Below, piece after piece: positions 17,243-25,976 of a stretch of 64,000 nt of DNA. Position numbers and translations under genes: made by a program. Numbering within the stretch: the stretch's first letter is position 1; each line of letters starts with the position of its first letter. The notes beneath the pieces were generated by a model. That model saw nothing but the letters and a program-made list of their open reading frames with translations, was not told the DNA's origin and searched no databases. This stretch comes from an uncultured Eggerthellaceae bacterium (lineage in GTDB: Bacteria; Actinomycetota; Coriobacteriia; Coriobacteriales; Eggerthellaceae). The stretch covers positions 2,606 to 66,605 of the forward strand of contig CAJUQH010000009.1 of assembly GCA_910588095.1 (NCBI GenBank), given 5' to 3'.

Positions 17243-18772
17243 ATGGACCGGCCTGACGGCACGGCATACCTGGCTGATCGCAAGCTCGCACCGCGCTCCC
17301 TGGGGCGCGTGCTGGTCTTAGGGCTGGGCAAGAGCGGGAGGGCCTGCGTGGAATACCTGCGCGCGCTGCTGGGCACCCGCGTGGAGGCGCTGGCTGTGGC
17401 CGCCGGCGCGTCGACCCCCGAGGCGCAGGCGTGGGCCGAAGGGCAGGCGTGCGAGGGCCTGCGCGTGGCCTTCGATCATGAGGACATAGAGGGCAGCTAC
17501 GACCTGTGCATAGCCAGCCCGGGCATATCGGAGCGGTCGGCCTTCTACCGCAGCGCGGCGGCCCACAGCGCCGAGGTGGTGAGCGAGGTGGAGTTCGCCT
17601 GGCGCGAGAGCGCGGCCGATGCGGTGTGGGTGGCCATCACCGGCACCAACGGCAAGACCACCACCACGGCCCTGACCGCCCACTTGCTGAAGGAGGCAGG
17701 GTTCGCGGCGGACGCCGTGGGCAACATCGGCGACTGCTGCATCGAGGCGGTGGCGGCAGGGCGCACCCAGGTGTACGTGGCCGAGGTGTCGTCGTACCAG
17801 CTGGCTTCCACGCGGCGCTTCGCGCCCCAGGCGGCGGTGATGCTCAACATAACCCCCGACCACCTGAGCTGGCACGGCAGCCATGAGGCCTACGTGGCCG
17901 CCAAGCAGAAGCTGCTGGCCAACCTGGGCAGCGTGCCGGGCGCGGTGGCGGTGCTCGATGCGGTGGACGGCACCGTGCGGGGCATGGTGCGCGCGCTGAA
18001 GGCGCTGCCTGATGCCGAGCGCGGCTTCGCCTACGTGCCCGTGGGGGCGAAGGGAGGCATCGGATGTGACATGCGGGCGATGTGCGGCAGCGCGAACGCG
18101 GCGTTCCTCGACGAGGAGGCGCCGGACGGCGGCATGCTGCACGTGGCCTTGGGCGGCTGCGACCATGCGCTGGTGAGCGCGGCCGATCTGGCCATCAAGG
18201 GGGCCCACAACGTGGGCAACGCCCTGGCGGCCGCTGCGGCGGCGTTGGCCGTGGGCGCGTCTCCCGATGCCGTGCGCGCGGGCCTGCGCAGCTTCGCGGC
18301 GCTCGAGCATCGCATCGAGCCGGCGGGAGCCGTGGGCGGCGTGGAATGCTACAACGACTCCAAGGCCACCAACGTCGACGCGGTGCTGGTGGCCCTGCGC
18401 GCCTTCGTGCCGCGCAAGCCCATCGTGCTGCTGGGCGGCCGCGACAAGGGCACCGATTTGGCGCCGCTCGTGGCGGCGTGCGAGGCCGACGCAGCGGCGG
18501 TGGTGCTGTTCGGCGAATCCCATGACCGCTTCTCCGAGGCGTTCTGCGGCACGTCGCCTTGCGCCTGCGGGGCCTGCCCCCCCATCCTGCACGCCGCGCA
18601 TCTGGCCGACGCCCTCGACGCGGCCCTGGGCATCGCGGCCCCTGGCGACGTGGTGCTGCTCTCGCCTGCGTGCGCCTCGTTCGACGAGTTCTCCAGCTTC
18701 GAGGAGCGTGGCTGCGCCTTCAAGGCCCTCGTGGCCGAGCGCGCAGCCTCTGCCCCCGGGAAGCGGGCCTGA
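17243..18772 (+). CDS. murD: UDP-N-acetylmuramoylalanine--D-glutamate ligase
   Basis: 'ITGTNGKTTTTAL' and dcw position. Confidence 0.9.
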   Translation: MDRPDGTAYLADRKLAPRSLGRVLVLGLGKSGRACVEYLRALLGTRVEALAVAAGASTPEAQAWAEGQACEGLRVAFDHEDIEGSYDLCIASPGISERSAFYRSAAAHSAEVVSEVEFAWRESAADAVWVAITGTNGKTTTTALTAHLLKEAGFAADAVGNIGDCCIEAVAAGRTQVYVAEVSSYQLASTRRFAPQAAVMLNITPDHLSWHGSHEAYVAAKQKLLANLGSVPGAVAVLDAVDGTVRGMVRALKALPDAERGFAYVPVGAKGGIGCDMRAMCGSANAAFLDEEAPDGGMLHVALGGCDHALVSAADLAIKGAHNVGNALAAAAAALAVGASPDAVRAGLRSFAALEHRIEPAGAVGGVECYNDSKATNVDAVLVALRAFVPRKPIVLLGGRDKGTDLAPLVAACEADAAAVVLFGESHDRFSEAFCGTSPCACGACPPILHAAHLADALDAALGIAAPGDVVLLSPACASFDEFSSFEERGCAFKALVAERAASAPGKRA

Positions 18773-18775
18773 GCC

Positions 18776-19963
18776 ATGGCCCGCATGCATCACGCATCCT
18801 CTGCCTCGAGCACGCAGCTGCCCCGCATGGCCCTCATCCTGGCCGTGCTGGCGCTGCTGCTCATCGGCCTGGTCATGGTGTATTCGGCCAGCTCGGTGAA
18901 CGCCCTTTCCGAGGGCGGCTCGGCCATGGGCGGCTTCGTCAGCCAGGTGGTCTACGCGGTGCTGGGCATCGCGGCGGCCTTCGTGGTGTGGCAGATCATC
19001 CCGTACCACGCCTGGGTGGGCCGGTTCGTGTGGGTGGTGTGGGGCGTGTCCATGGGGCTGCTCGTGCTCACCGCCATCATGGGCTCCACCGGCTACGGCG
19101 CCCAGCGCTGGCTCGAACTGGGCCCAGTGCGCTTCCAGCCTTCGGAGTTCGTCAAGATCGCCCTTGTGCTGGTGGCCGTGCGCGTGTTCTTCGACATCCG
19201 CGGCGGCACGGCCGAGGCCCGCATGTCGGTCATCCGCGTGCTGCTGTTCATCGTGGTACCGCTGTTCTTCCTGTACCAGACCCAGTCCGACCTGGGCACC
19301 ACCCTCATCTGCATCGTGGGCATATTGGCGGTCATGTGGCTGGGCGGCGTGAAGCCCTACATCCTCATAACCGTGGTGGTGCTCGGCGTGGCGTTCATGG
19401 TGTTCGCCGTGTTCGGCACCGGCTACCGCAGCGGGCGCTTGGTGTACCTCGACCCCTGGAACGACGGCCAGGGCGGCTACGGCACCGGCTACAACATCAT
19501 CCGGTCGTATTACGCCTTCGCCGAGGGCGGGCTGTTCGGCGTGGGGCTGGGCAACTCGCACGAGAAGTACCAGTACCTGTTCGCCTCTGACTCCGACTTC
19601 ATCTTCGCCGTGGTGGGCGAGGAGCTGGGGCTCGTGGGGGCCCTCACGGTCATAATCCTGTTCCTGGTGATGCTCGTTGCAGGGCTGCGCATATCCAGCA
19701 TGTGCCCGGATGCCATGGGCAGCGTCATCGCCGGCGCCTTCACCACCATGCTGGTGTTCCAGGCGTTCCTCAACATCGGGTGCACCATCGGGGTGTTCCC
19801 CACCACGGGCAAGCCGCTGCCCTTCATATCGTCGGGCGGCTCGTCGATGATCGCCAGCTTGGCTATGGTCGGCTTCATCCTATCGGTTTCCAAGGGCGAC
19901 GACCCGGCTACGCGGCGCGGCAACCTGCGCGCGGTGCGCGTGGGCGCGGGGCCGCGGCCCTAA
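18776..19963 (+). CDS. ftsW: SEDS-family peptidoglycan glycosyltransferase FtsW
   Basis: 'PSEFVKI', 'GKPLPFISSGGSSM'. Confidence 0.9.
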   Translation: MARMHHASSASSTQLPRMALILAVLALLLIGLVMVYSASSVNALSEGGSAMGGFVSQVVYAVLGIAAAFVVWQIIPYHAWVGRFVWVVWGVSMGLLVLTAIMGSTGYGAQRWLELGPVRFQPSEFVKIALVLVAVRVFFDIRGGTAEARMSVIRVLLFIVVPLFFLYQTQSDLGTTLICIVGILAVMWLGGVKPYILITVVVLGVAFMVFAVFGTGYRSGRLVYLDPWNDGQGGYGTGYNIIRSYYAFAEGGLFGVGLGNSHEKYQYLFASDSDFIFAVVGEELGLVGALTVIILFLVMLVAGLRISSMCPDAMGSVIAGAFTTMLVFQAFLNIGCTIGVFPTTGKPLPFISSGGSSMIASLAMVGFILSVSKGDDPATRRGNLRAVRVGAGPRP

Positions 19964-19980
19964 AGGCGGAAGGAGCGGGA

Positions 19981-21096
19981 ATGGTCGTGGTTCTTTCGGG
20001 CGGCGGGACGGCGGGGCACATCAACCCCGCGCTGGCCCTGGCCGAGGAGCTTCAGGCGCGCGGCGCCGAGGTGCATTTCGCCGGCACGCCTGCGGGGCTC
20101 GAGGCGCGGCTCGTGCCCGAAGCGGGCATAGCGTACCAGGCGTTCGAGGCCAGCGGGTTCGACCGCAAGCACCCGCTTTCGCTGTTCAAGGGCATCGCCA
20201 AGATAGAGCGCAGCGCCCATAAGGCGAAGAAGTGGTTCTGCCAGATAGACCCTGACGTTGTGGTGGGCTTCGGCGGGTACGTGTCGATACCCGTGGCCCA
20301 TGCGGCCGAGTCGATGGGAATACCGGTGGTGGTGCACGAGCAGAACTCCGTCATGGGCCTGGCCAACAAGTACCTGGCGAAGAAGGCCACGGCCATCTGT
20401 CTCACCTACGGGCATGCCGCCTGCGCGCTGGACAAGGCCGCGGCCGGCCGGGTGGAGCTCACCGGCAACCCGGTGCGCCGCCAGGTGCTCGAGGCCACGC
20501 GGGCCCAGGGGCGCGAGCTGCTGGGCGTGCCCGACGACGCCGAGCTGCTGGTGGTGTTCGGCGGCAGCCTGGGCGCGCGCCACATCAACGAGGCGGTGGC
20601 AGGGCTGAAGGGCGAGCTGTTGGCGCGGCCGAACCTGCACGTGCTGCATGTGACCGGCCCCAAGGAGCTCGACCAGGTGACCGAGGCGCTGGCGCTGACC
20701 GCTGACGAGGCCCAGCGCTGGCACGTGATGGGCTATTTGGACCAGATGGGCGCGGCGCTGGCGGCGGCCGATGCCGTGGTGTCGCGGGCGGGAGCCACGT
20801 CGTTGGCCGAGATATCGGCCCGGGCGGTGCCGGCGCTGCTGGTGCCCTTCCCCCATGCCACCGAAGACCACCAGACCACCAACGCGCGCGCCTACGTGGA
20901 GGACGGCTGCGCGACCATGCTGGCCGACGCCGAGCTGACCGGGCCTGACGGCGCGCCTTCCGCGGCCTTCCGCGAGCGCGTGCTGGCGCTGGTGGACGAC
21001 GCCGACGCCCGTGCGGCCATGGCCGAGGCGGCTCGCGCCCAGAAGGCCAGCCACGCCGCCGAGAACTTGGCGGATGTTGTGTGCAGGGTGGCCTGA
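19981..21096 (+). CDS. murG: Undecaprenyldiphospho-muramoylpentapeptide beta-N-acetylglucosaminyltransferase
   Basis: 'MVVVLSGGGTAGHINPALALAEEL'. ATG 19981 follows GGAAGGAG; the track ORF opens earlier, at 19702. Confidence 0.9.
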   Translation: MVVVLSGGGTAGHINPALALAEELQARGAEVHFAGTPAGLEARLVPEAGIAYQAFEASGFDRKHPLSLFKGIAKIERSAHKAKKWFCQIDPDVVVGFGGYVSIPVAHAAESMGIPVVVHEQNSVMGLANKYLAKKATAICLTYGHAACALDKAAAGRVELTGNPVRRQVLEATRAQGRELLGVPDDAELLVVFGGSLGARHINEAVAGLKGELLARPNLHVLHVTGPKELDQVTEALALTADEAQRWHVMGYLDQMGAALAAADAVVSRAGATSLAEISARAVPALLVPFPHATEDHQTTNARAYVEDGCATMLADAELTGPDGAPSAAFRERVLALVDDADARAAMAEAARAQKASHAAENLADVVCRVA

Positions 21097-21189
21097 CCCG
21101 GCGGCTTCTCGTTTACAATAGGTTCCGATGATGCGCGCGAGGGCCTGGCCTGCTGCGCGCCTGCAACTGCAACGGAAACGCACAACGAA

Positions 21190-22608
21190 ATGGGAGCATC
21201 CATGGATCCTCGCACCCTACACTTCATCGGCATAGGCGGCGTGGGCATGAGCGGCATCGCTCGCGTGGCCCATGACCAGGGCTTCACCGTGAGCGGGTCC
21301 GACCTGCGCGAGAGCCGCTACACCAAGCAGCTGGCCGACGAGGGCATAACGGTGTTCATCGGCCAGGATGCGTCCCACGTGCCGGAGGGCGACCCCATCG
21401 TGGTGGTGTCCACGGCCATCTTGGACAACAACCCCGAGCTCGTGGAGGCGAAGCGCCGCGGCCTGACCATCCGCCACCGCGCCGAGGCGCTGGCGGCGCT
21501 GGGCAAGGGGCTCAAGACCTTGGGCGTGGCGGGCACCCACGGCAAGACCACTACCAGCTCCATGCTGGCGTCCACCATGGACGCCATGGGCCTCGACCCC
21601 ACGTTCCTGGTGGGCGGCATCGTGCGCGCCTACAGCAGCAACGCCCATTCGGGCAGTGGGGAATGCTACGTGGTGGAGGCTGACGAGTCGGACAAGTCGT
21701 TCACGTTCCTGGACCCGTTCGGCGTCATCGTGACCAACATCGAGGCCGACCACCTGGACCACTACGACGACCTGGCCGAGATATACGCGAAGTTCCGCGA
21801 GTTCATCGCCAGCGTGCCGCCCGAGGGCGTCGTGGTGGTGTGCGGCGACGACGCGAAGCTCGCCGACCTGGCGCGCCAGGCGGCCGTGGCGCCGGTGGTC
21901 ACCTATGGGCTCTCGGAAGGCTGCGACGCGCGCGTGACCGCCTACGAGGCCAAGGGCGCAGGCTCGCGCTTCACGCTGGCGCTGCCCGACGGGCGCGAGG
22001 TGAAAAGCGCCATCAAGCAGAACCCGGGCATCCACAACGTGCAGAACGGCGCGGCGGTGCTCGTGCTGCTGGACGCGCTGGGCTACGACGTGGAGGCTGC
22101 GGCCGAGCAGCTGGCGCAGTTCGCTGGCGTGCGGCGCCGCTTCGACGTGGTGGGCGAGGCCCGGGGCGTCACCGTGGTGGATGACTACGCGCACCATCCC
22201 ACCGAGATAGCTGCCACGCTGCGCGCCGCCAAGGAGCTGGACTTCGGGCGCGTGCACGTGCTGTTCCAGCCGCACCGCTACTCGCGGGCCGGGCTGTTCA
22301 CCGACGTGCTGCACGACGAGTTCGGGCGCGCGTTCGACCAGGCCGACACCGTGACGTTCATGGACGTGTACCCCGCGGGCGAGACGCCCGTTCCCGGCAT
22401 AACGGGCCAGACCTTCCTGAACGTGGTGCTCGACCACGAGGGGCACCCCGCGGCTACCAGCTACGTGCCGCGGCGCATCGACGTGGTGCCGCACCTCATG
22501 GACGTGGCGCGCGAGGGCGACCTGGTCATAACCATGGGTGCCGGCGACGTGACCTCCATCGGGCCGGTGCTGGTCAACGAGCTGGCCCAGCAGGAGGCGG
22601 GCGCCTAG
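21190..22608 (+). CDS. murC: UDP-N-acetylmuramate--L-alanine ligase
   Basis: 'HFIGIGGVGMSGIA', 'GVAGTHGKTTTSSM'. Confidence 0.9.
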   Translation: MGASMDPRTLHFIGIGGVGMSGIARVAHDQGFTVSGSDLRESRYTKQLADEGITVFIGQDASHVPEGDPIVVVSTAILDNNPELVEAKRRGLTIRHRAEALAALGKGLKTLGVAGTHGKTTTSSMLASTMDAMGLDPTFLVGGIVRAYSSNAHSGSGECYVVEADESDKSFTFLDPFGVIVTNIEADHLDHYDDLAEIYAKFREFIASVPPEGVVVVCGDDAKLADLARQAAVAPVVTYGLSEGCDARVTAYEAKGAGSRFTLALPDGREVKSAIKQNPGIHNVQNGAAVLVLLDALGYDVEAAAEQLAQFAGVRRRFDVVGEARGVTVVDDYAHHPTEIAATLRAAKELDFGRVHVLFQPHRYSRAGLFTDVLHDEFGRAFDQADTVTFMDVYPAGETPVPGITGQTFLNVVLDHEGHPAATSYVPRRIDVVPHLMDVAREGDLVITMGAGDVTSIGPVLVNELAQQEAGA

Positions 22609-22610
22609 CC

Positions 22611-23618
22611 ATGGCAGGGCATCAGGCACAGGGCCGGGGCACCGGCCAGGGCAGCGCTGCCCCTTGCGCCGGCCGCAGCAGGGCTGGCCGCGTGGCCGCC
22701 CATGCGGCGCCGTTGGAGGCGCTGCTGGTGGGCAAGGGCTTCGACGGCGACGTGCGTCCGAACGAGCCCATGGCGCGGCACACCACCTACCGCATCGGCG
22801 GGCCAGCGCGCTTCTTCGTGAACGTGCACTCGCTCGGCGCGCTTGGCCAGTTGGTGGGCGTGTGCCAGGCCGAGGGCGTGCCCTGGGTGGTGGTAGGCCG
22901 CGGCTCGAACCTGCTCGTGGCCGACGAGGGCTTCCCCGGCGTGGTGATCACGCTCGGGCGCGACTTCCGCAACCTGCGCATGGACGCCCAAGCTGCCCGT
23001 TGCGTCGCGGGCGCCGGCGCGCTGCTGGCCACCGTGGTGCAGGAGGCGTTCCGGGCGGCGTGCTCGGGGCTTGAGTTCGCAGTGGGCACGCCGGGCACCA
23101 TCGGCGGGGCGCTGCGCATGAACGCCGGCACGCGTGACGAGGGCATCGGCGCGCGGGTGGCCAGCGTGGCAGTGCTCGAGCCGAGCGGCGCCATGGTGCG
23201 CAAGGCCGGGTCGGACATCGAATGGGGCTACCGCACCACGTCCTTCGCGCCCGACGAGACCATCCTCGAATGCGAGCTGGCGCTTGAGCCGGGCGACGCG
23301 CTGGCCATGCAACGGGCCATGGAGTCGAAGATGACGCGGCGCAAGTCCACCCAGCCCTTGGGCAAGCCCAGCTGCGGCAGCGTGTTCCGCAATCCCGAAG
23401 GCGCCAGCGTGGGCGCGCTCATCGACGGGCTGGGGCTCAAGGGTGCCAGCGTGGGCGGCGCGCGCGTGTCCGACGTGCACGCCAACTTCATCGTGAACGA
23501 GGGCGGCGCCACCGCGGCCGACGTGCGGGCGCTCATCGACCTTGTGCGGGGCAAGGTGAGCAAGGCCCATGGCATCGAGCTCGTGCCGGAGGTGAGGTTC
23601 CTTGGCTTCGACGCATAG
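22611..23618 (+). CDS. murB: UDP-N-acetylenolpyruvoylglucosamine reductase
   Basis: 'TYRIGGPARFF', 'GRGSNLLV', 'SCGSVFRNP'. Has a ~50-aa N-terminal extension. Confidence 0.85.
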   Translation: MAGHQAQGRGTGQGSAAPCAGRSRAGRVAAHAAPLEALLVGKGFDGDVRPNEPMARHTTYRIGGPARFFVNVHSLGALGQLVGVCQAEGVPWVVVGRGSNLLVADEGFPGVVITLGRDFRNLRMDAQAARCVAGAGALLATVVQEAFRAACSGLEFAVGTPGTIGGALRMNAGTRDEGIGARVASVAVLEPSGAMVRKAGSDIEWGYRTTSFAPDETILECELALEPGDALAMQRAMESKMTRRKSTQPLGKPSCGSVFRNPEGASVGALIDGLGLKGASVGGARVSDVHANFIVNEGGATAADVRALIDLVRGKVSKAHGIELVPEVRFLGFDA

Positions 23619-24624
23619 GCGCAACCCAGCCGGCGGTCGCAGCCAGGTGCAGCGCGCGGCACGAAGCAACGCCCGGGCGTCGGCACGGGCCCGCAGCAGC
23701 GCCACGGCGCGGCCGAGCTCGCGGTCGCTGCGGGGCGAGCGGCGCAGCGCTTCGCTGGGCAGCGGCGTCGCGGGCGGCCAGGGACGCAACGTCACCTCGG
23801 TACGCCTGGGCGACGTGCAGCGCCAAGCCAAGAGGGACCGCAAACGCCCCGCGCGGCGGCGCACGGCCATCGTGGTGGCTGCGGTGCTGGCCGTGCTGGT
23901 GGCGCTGGCCGTGGGGGTCATCGCGCTCATGCGGGCACCGGTGTTCGTCATAGAGAACCTGGACGTGCAGGGTGCCGACCACCTTACCGGCGACGAGATA
24001 TCGCACCTGGTCAACGTGCCCGAGGGCACGACGCTGCTCAGCGTGGACGCCGACGGCATAGCCAACAGCCTGAAGCGCGACGCCTGGGTGGAGGAAGTGC
24101 AGGTGAACCGCCAGTTCCCCTCGACGCTGCAGGTGGTGGTCACCGAGCGCCAGGTGGGCGCCATCATCGAGGTGCCTACGGGCTCGACCCAGCTCATGCA
24201 GATATGGGCCATGTCCACCGATGGCATGTGGCTCATGCCCATTCCCGCGCGCGATTCCGACGTGGGCAAGAACATCAGCCAGAAGATATACGAGGACGCC
24301 GACTCGGCCATGCGCATCGTGGGGCTGCCTGCGGGCATCAAGCCCGAGATAGGCACCTATTGCACCGACGACGCCGTGAACGACGCGCTGTCCATCGTGG
24401 ACGGCATGACCACCGAGCTGGCCAGCCAGGTGCGCACCGTGTCGGCCGCCGACCCGTCCTCGACCCTCATAACGCTTACCAACGGCGTCGAGATAGCCTT
24501 CGGCGATGCGCAGAACATCCGCGAGAAGGAGCGCATCTGCCTGGAGATACTGAGCAAGAACGAAGGGAAGGTGGCGTACATCAACGTGCGCGTGCCCGAG
24601 CGCCCGACGTATCGGGCGGCTTAG
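23602..24624 (+). CDS. ftsQ: Cell division protein FtsQ/DivIB (POTRA domain)
   Basis: Arg-rich N-terminus, then a TM, then 'VFVIENLDVQGADHLTGDEI...'. The start is uncertain (TTG 23602 or GTG 23647). Confidence 0.8.
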   Translation: MASTHRRNPAGGRSQVQRAARSNARASARARSSATARPSSRSLRGERRSASLGSGVAGGQGRNVTSVRLGDVQRQAKRDRKRPARRRTAIVVAAVLAVLVALAVGVIALMRAPVFVIENLDVQGADHLTGDEISHLVNVPEGTTLLSVDADGIANSLKRDAWVEEVQVNRQFPSTLQVVVTERQVGAIIEVPTGSTQLMQIWAMSTDGMWLMPIPARDSDVGKNISQKIYEDADSAMRIVGLPAGIKPEIGTYCTDDAVNDALSIVDGMTTELASQVRTVSAADPSSTLITLTNGVEIAFGDAQNIREKERICLEILSKNEGKVAYINVRVPERPTYRAA

Positions 24625-24663
24625 GCGGTGCGCCGTGGCGGCGCTTCGAGAAAGGAAAGAACG

Positions 24664-25470
24664 ATGAAGGCACTCATACCTGCGGCAGGGCTCGGCACCC
24701 GGTTCCTGCCCGCCACCAAGGCCGTCCCCAAGGAGATGCTGCTGGTGGTGGACCGTCCCGCCATCCAGTACGTGGTGGAGGAAGGGCTGGCCTCGGCGGC
24801 TGACGAGGTGGTCATCATCAACAGCCCCGAGAAGACCGCCATCGAGGCGCACTTCACGCCCGACCCCGACTTCGTGGCGCTGCTGCGCGAGCGCGGGAAG
24901 GACGCGTACGCCGACGCGGTGGAGTACGTGGGCAACCTGAACGTGAGCTACGTGTACCAGCGCGAGGCCTTGGGGCTCGGGCACGCCGTGCGCTGCGCGG
25001 CCGAGAAGACCGGCGGCGAGCCGTTCTACGTGTTGTTGGGCGACGTGCTGGTGCCGGGCAACCAGATGCTGCCGGCTATGCAGGCCGTGAGCGATGCCCA
25101 CGACGGGGCCAGCGTCATCGCCGTCATGCCCGTGCCCGACGACCAGGTGAGCCGCTTCGGCGTCATCGCCGGGGCCGAGGTGGAGCCGGGCGTGTGGAAG
25201 GTGGACAGTCTGGTGGAGAAGCCGGCGCTGGAGGATGCGCCCTCGAACCTGGCCGTGTTCGGCCGCTACCTGCTCAGCCCGCGGGTGATGGAGCTGCTGG
25301 CCGACGTCGAGCCCGGCGTGGGCGGCGAGATCCAGCTCACCGACGCGCTGGACGCGGTGCTGCGCGAGGAGGAGATGTACGCGCTAGTGGTCGACCCGGC
25401 CGACGGATTCGACACCGGCACCGTCGAGAGCTGGCTCGAGACGAACAACACGCTGTTCGCGCGCCGCTAG
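24664..25470 (+). CDS. galU: UTP--glucose-1-phosphate uridylyltransferase
   Basis: 'MKALIPAAGLGTRFLPATKAVPKEML'. Confidence 0.9.
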   Translation: MKALIPAAGLGTRFLPATKAVPKEMLLVVDRPAIQYVVEEGLASAADEVVIINSPEKTAIEAHFTPDPDFVALLRERGKDAYADAVEYVGNLNVSYVYQREALGLGHAVRCAAEKTGGEPFYVLLGDVLVPGNQMLPAMQAVSDAHDGASVIAVMPVPDDQVSRFGVIAGAEVEPGVWKVDSLVEKPALEDAPSNLAVFGRYLLSPRVMELLADVEPGVGGEIQLTDALDAVLREEEMYALVVDPADGFDTGTVESWLETNNTLFARR

Positions 25471-25492
25471 CGCGATTCTGTAGAGTGGACGC

Positions 25493-25526
25493 AACAGGGG
25501 CCTTTCGGGGCCCCTGTTCTGTTTGC
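25493..25526 (+). terminator. Rho-independent terminator after galU
   Basis: AACAGGGGCC (25493-25502) pairs with GGCCCCTGTT (25509-25518), followed by a CTGTTTG tail. Confidence 0.7.
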
Positions 25527-25700
25527 GAGGTGGCGGTTTCGTAGTGCTCGGCCGCCTTGGGTCGCGTCCTCGGTTTCTTCATGTTGAGTGAGAGTTGCCA
25601 GCTCGTTGGGCCTTTTTCCGGGCGGAATCTGCTGGCAGTATCGTTGGATAACGGCACCTGCCTTGCGCAAAGTCGCGCGGCTTTGATACACTCCAAGGTG

Positions 25701-25740
25701 CTAAACAACGGTCCTCTGCATAGAGGAATCGCAAACAAAC
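25701..25740. repeat. Left arm of an inverted repeat: CTAAACAAC-[18-nt insert with hairpin TCCTCTGCATAGAGGA]-ATCGCAAACAAAC
   Basis: Perfect 13-bp (25728-25740) and 9-bp (25701-25709) matches to the reverse complement of 25840..25864. Confidence 0.85.
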
Positions 25741-25839
25741 GAATATCAGCTTCTTTGAGCAATGGATTCTTCTTTCCATCGAACAAGGTATAAAGAGGGC
25801 ATCTGCCTATCAAGACACCTTGCTTGCTGGAAACATCCA

Positions 25840-25864
25840 GTTTGTTTGCGATCTTGTTGTTTAG
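25840..25864. repeat. Right arm of the inverted repeat: GTTTGTTTGCGAT-ctt-GTTGTTTAG
   Basis: Reverse complement of the left arm. The arms enclose a 99-bp AT-rich core (25741..25839) containing TATAAA (25789-25794). Confidence 0.85.
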
Positions 25865-25976
25865 CGACTGTGGTGGATGCCCTCCTTATCCATCGGTCGC
25901 TGAGCAAGCAACCTGACCATAAGGGTCTCCTCCGCAGTGTGGTAAACGACCGCACCACGGGAAGGAGCCGGTTGCA

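Noticed and set aside
18587-18593. C7 run inside murD as a possible phase-variable tract.
   Set aside because: It lies in frame within an essential, intact gene and is shorter than the tracts at the surface loci. There is no reason to suspect switching.
17318-19561. 747-aa ORF antisense to murD/ftsW. Similar long antisense or overlapping ORFs occur at 5378..6631, 11280..13178, 13015..14595, 14662..15648, 21217..22629, 22605..24356, 23533..25101, 29324..30715, 30610..32796, 32908..34110, 34291..35595, 35785..37221, 37774..39000, 38522..39769, 42148..43416, 51131..52600, 52239..53837, 54796..56289 and 58956..60320.
   Set aside because: These are typical stop-codon-poor shadows of real genes in about 70% GC DNA. 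Their translations are Arg/Ala/Gly/His-rich low-complexity sequence with no motifs. In each case the opposite or overlapping frame encodes a clearly recognisable conserved protein.
25337-25813. 158-aa - strand ORF (and 25467..25691) as a real gene between galU and surface locus B.
   Set aside because: It overlaps the galU 3' end and terminator, needs a TTG start and has no RBS. The protein-like part is short. I treat it as a decayed remnant or spacer (see the finding) rather than a functional CDS.
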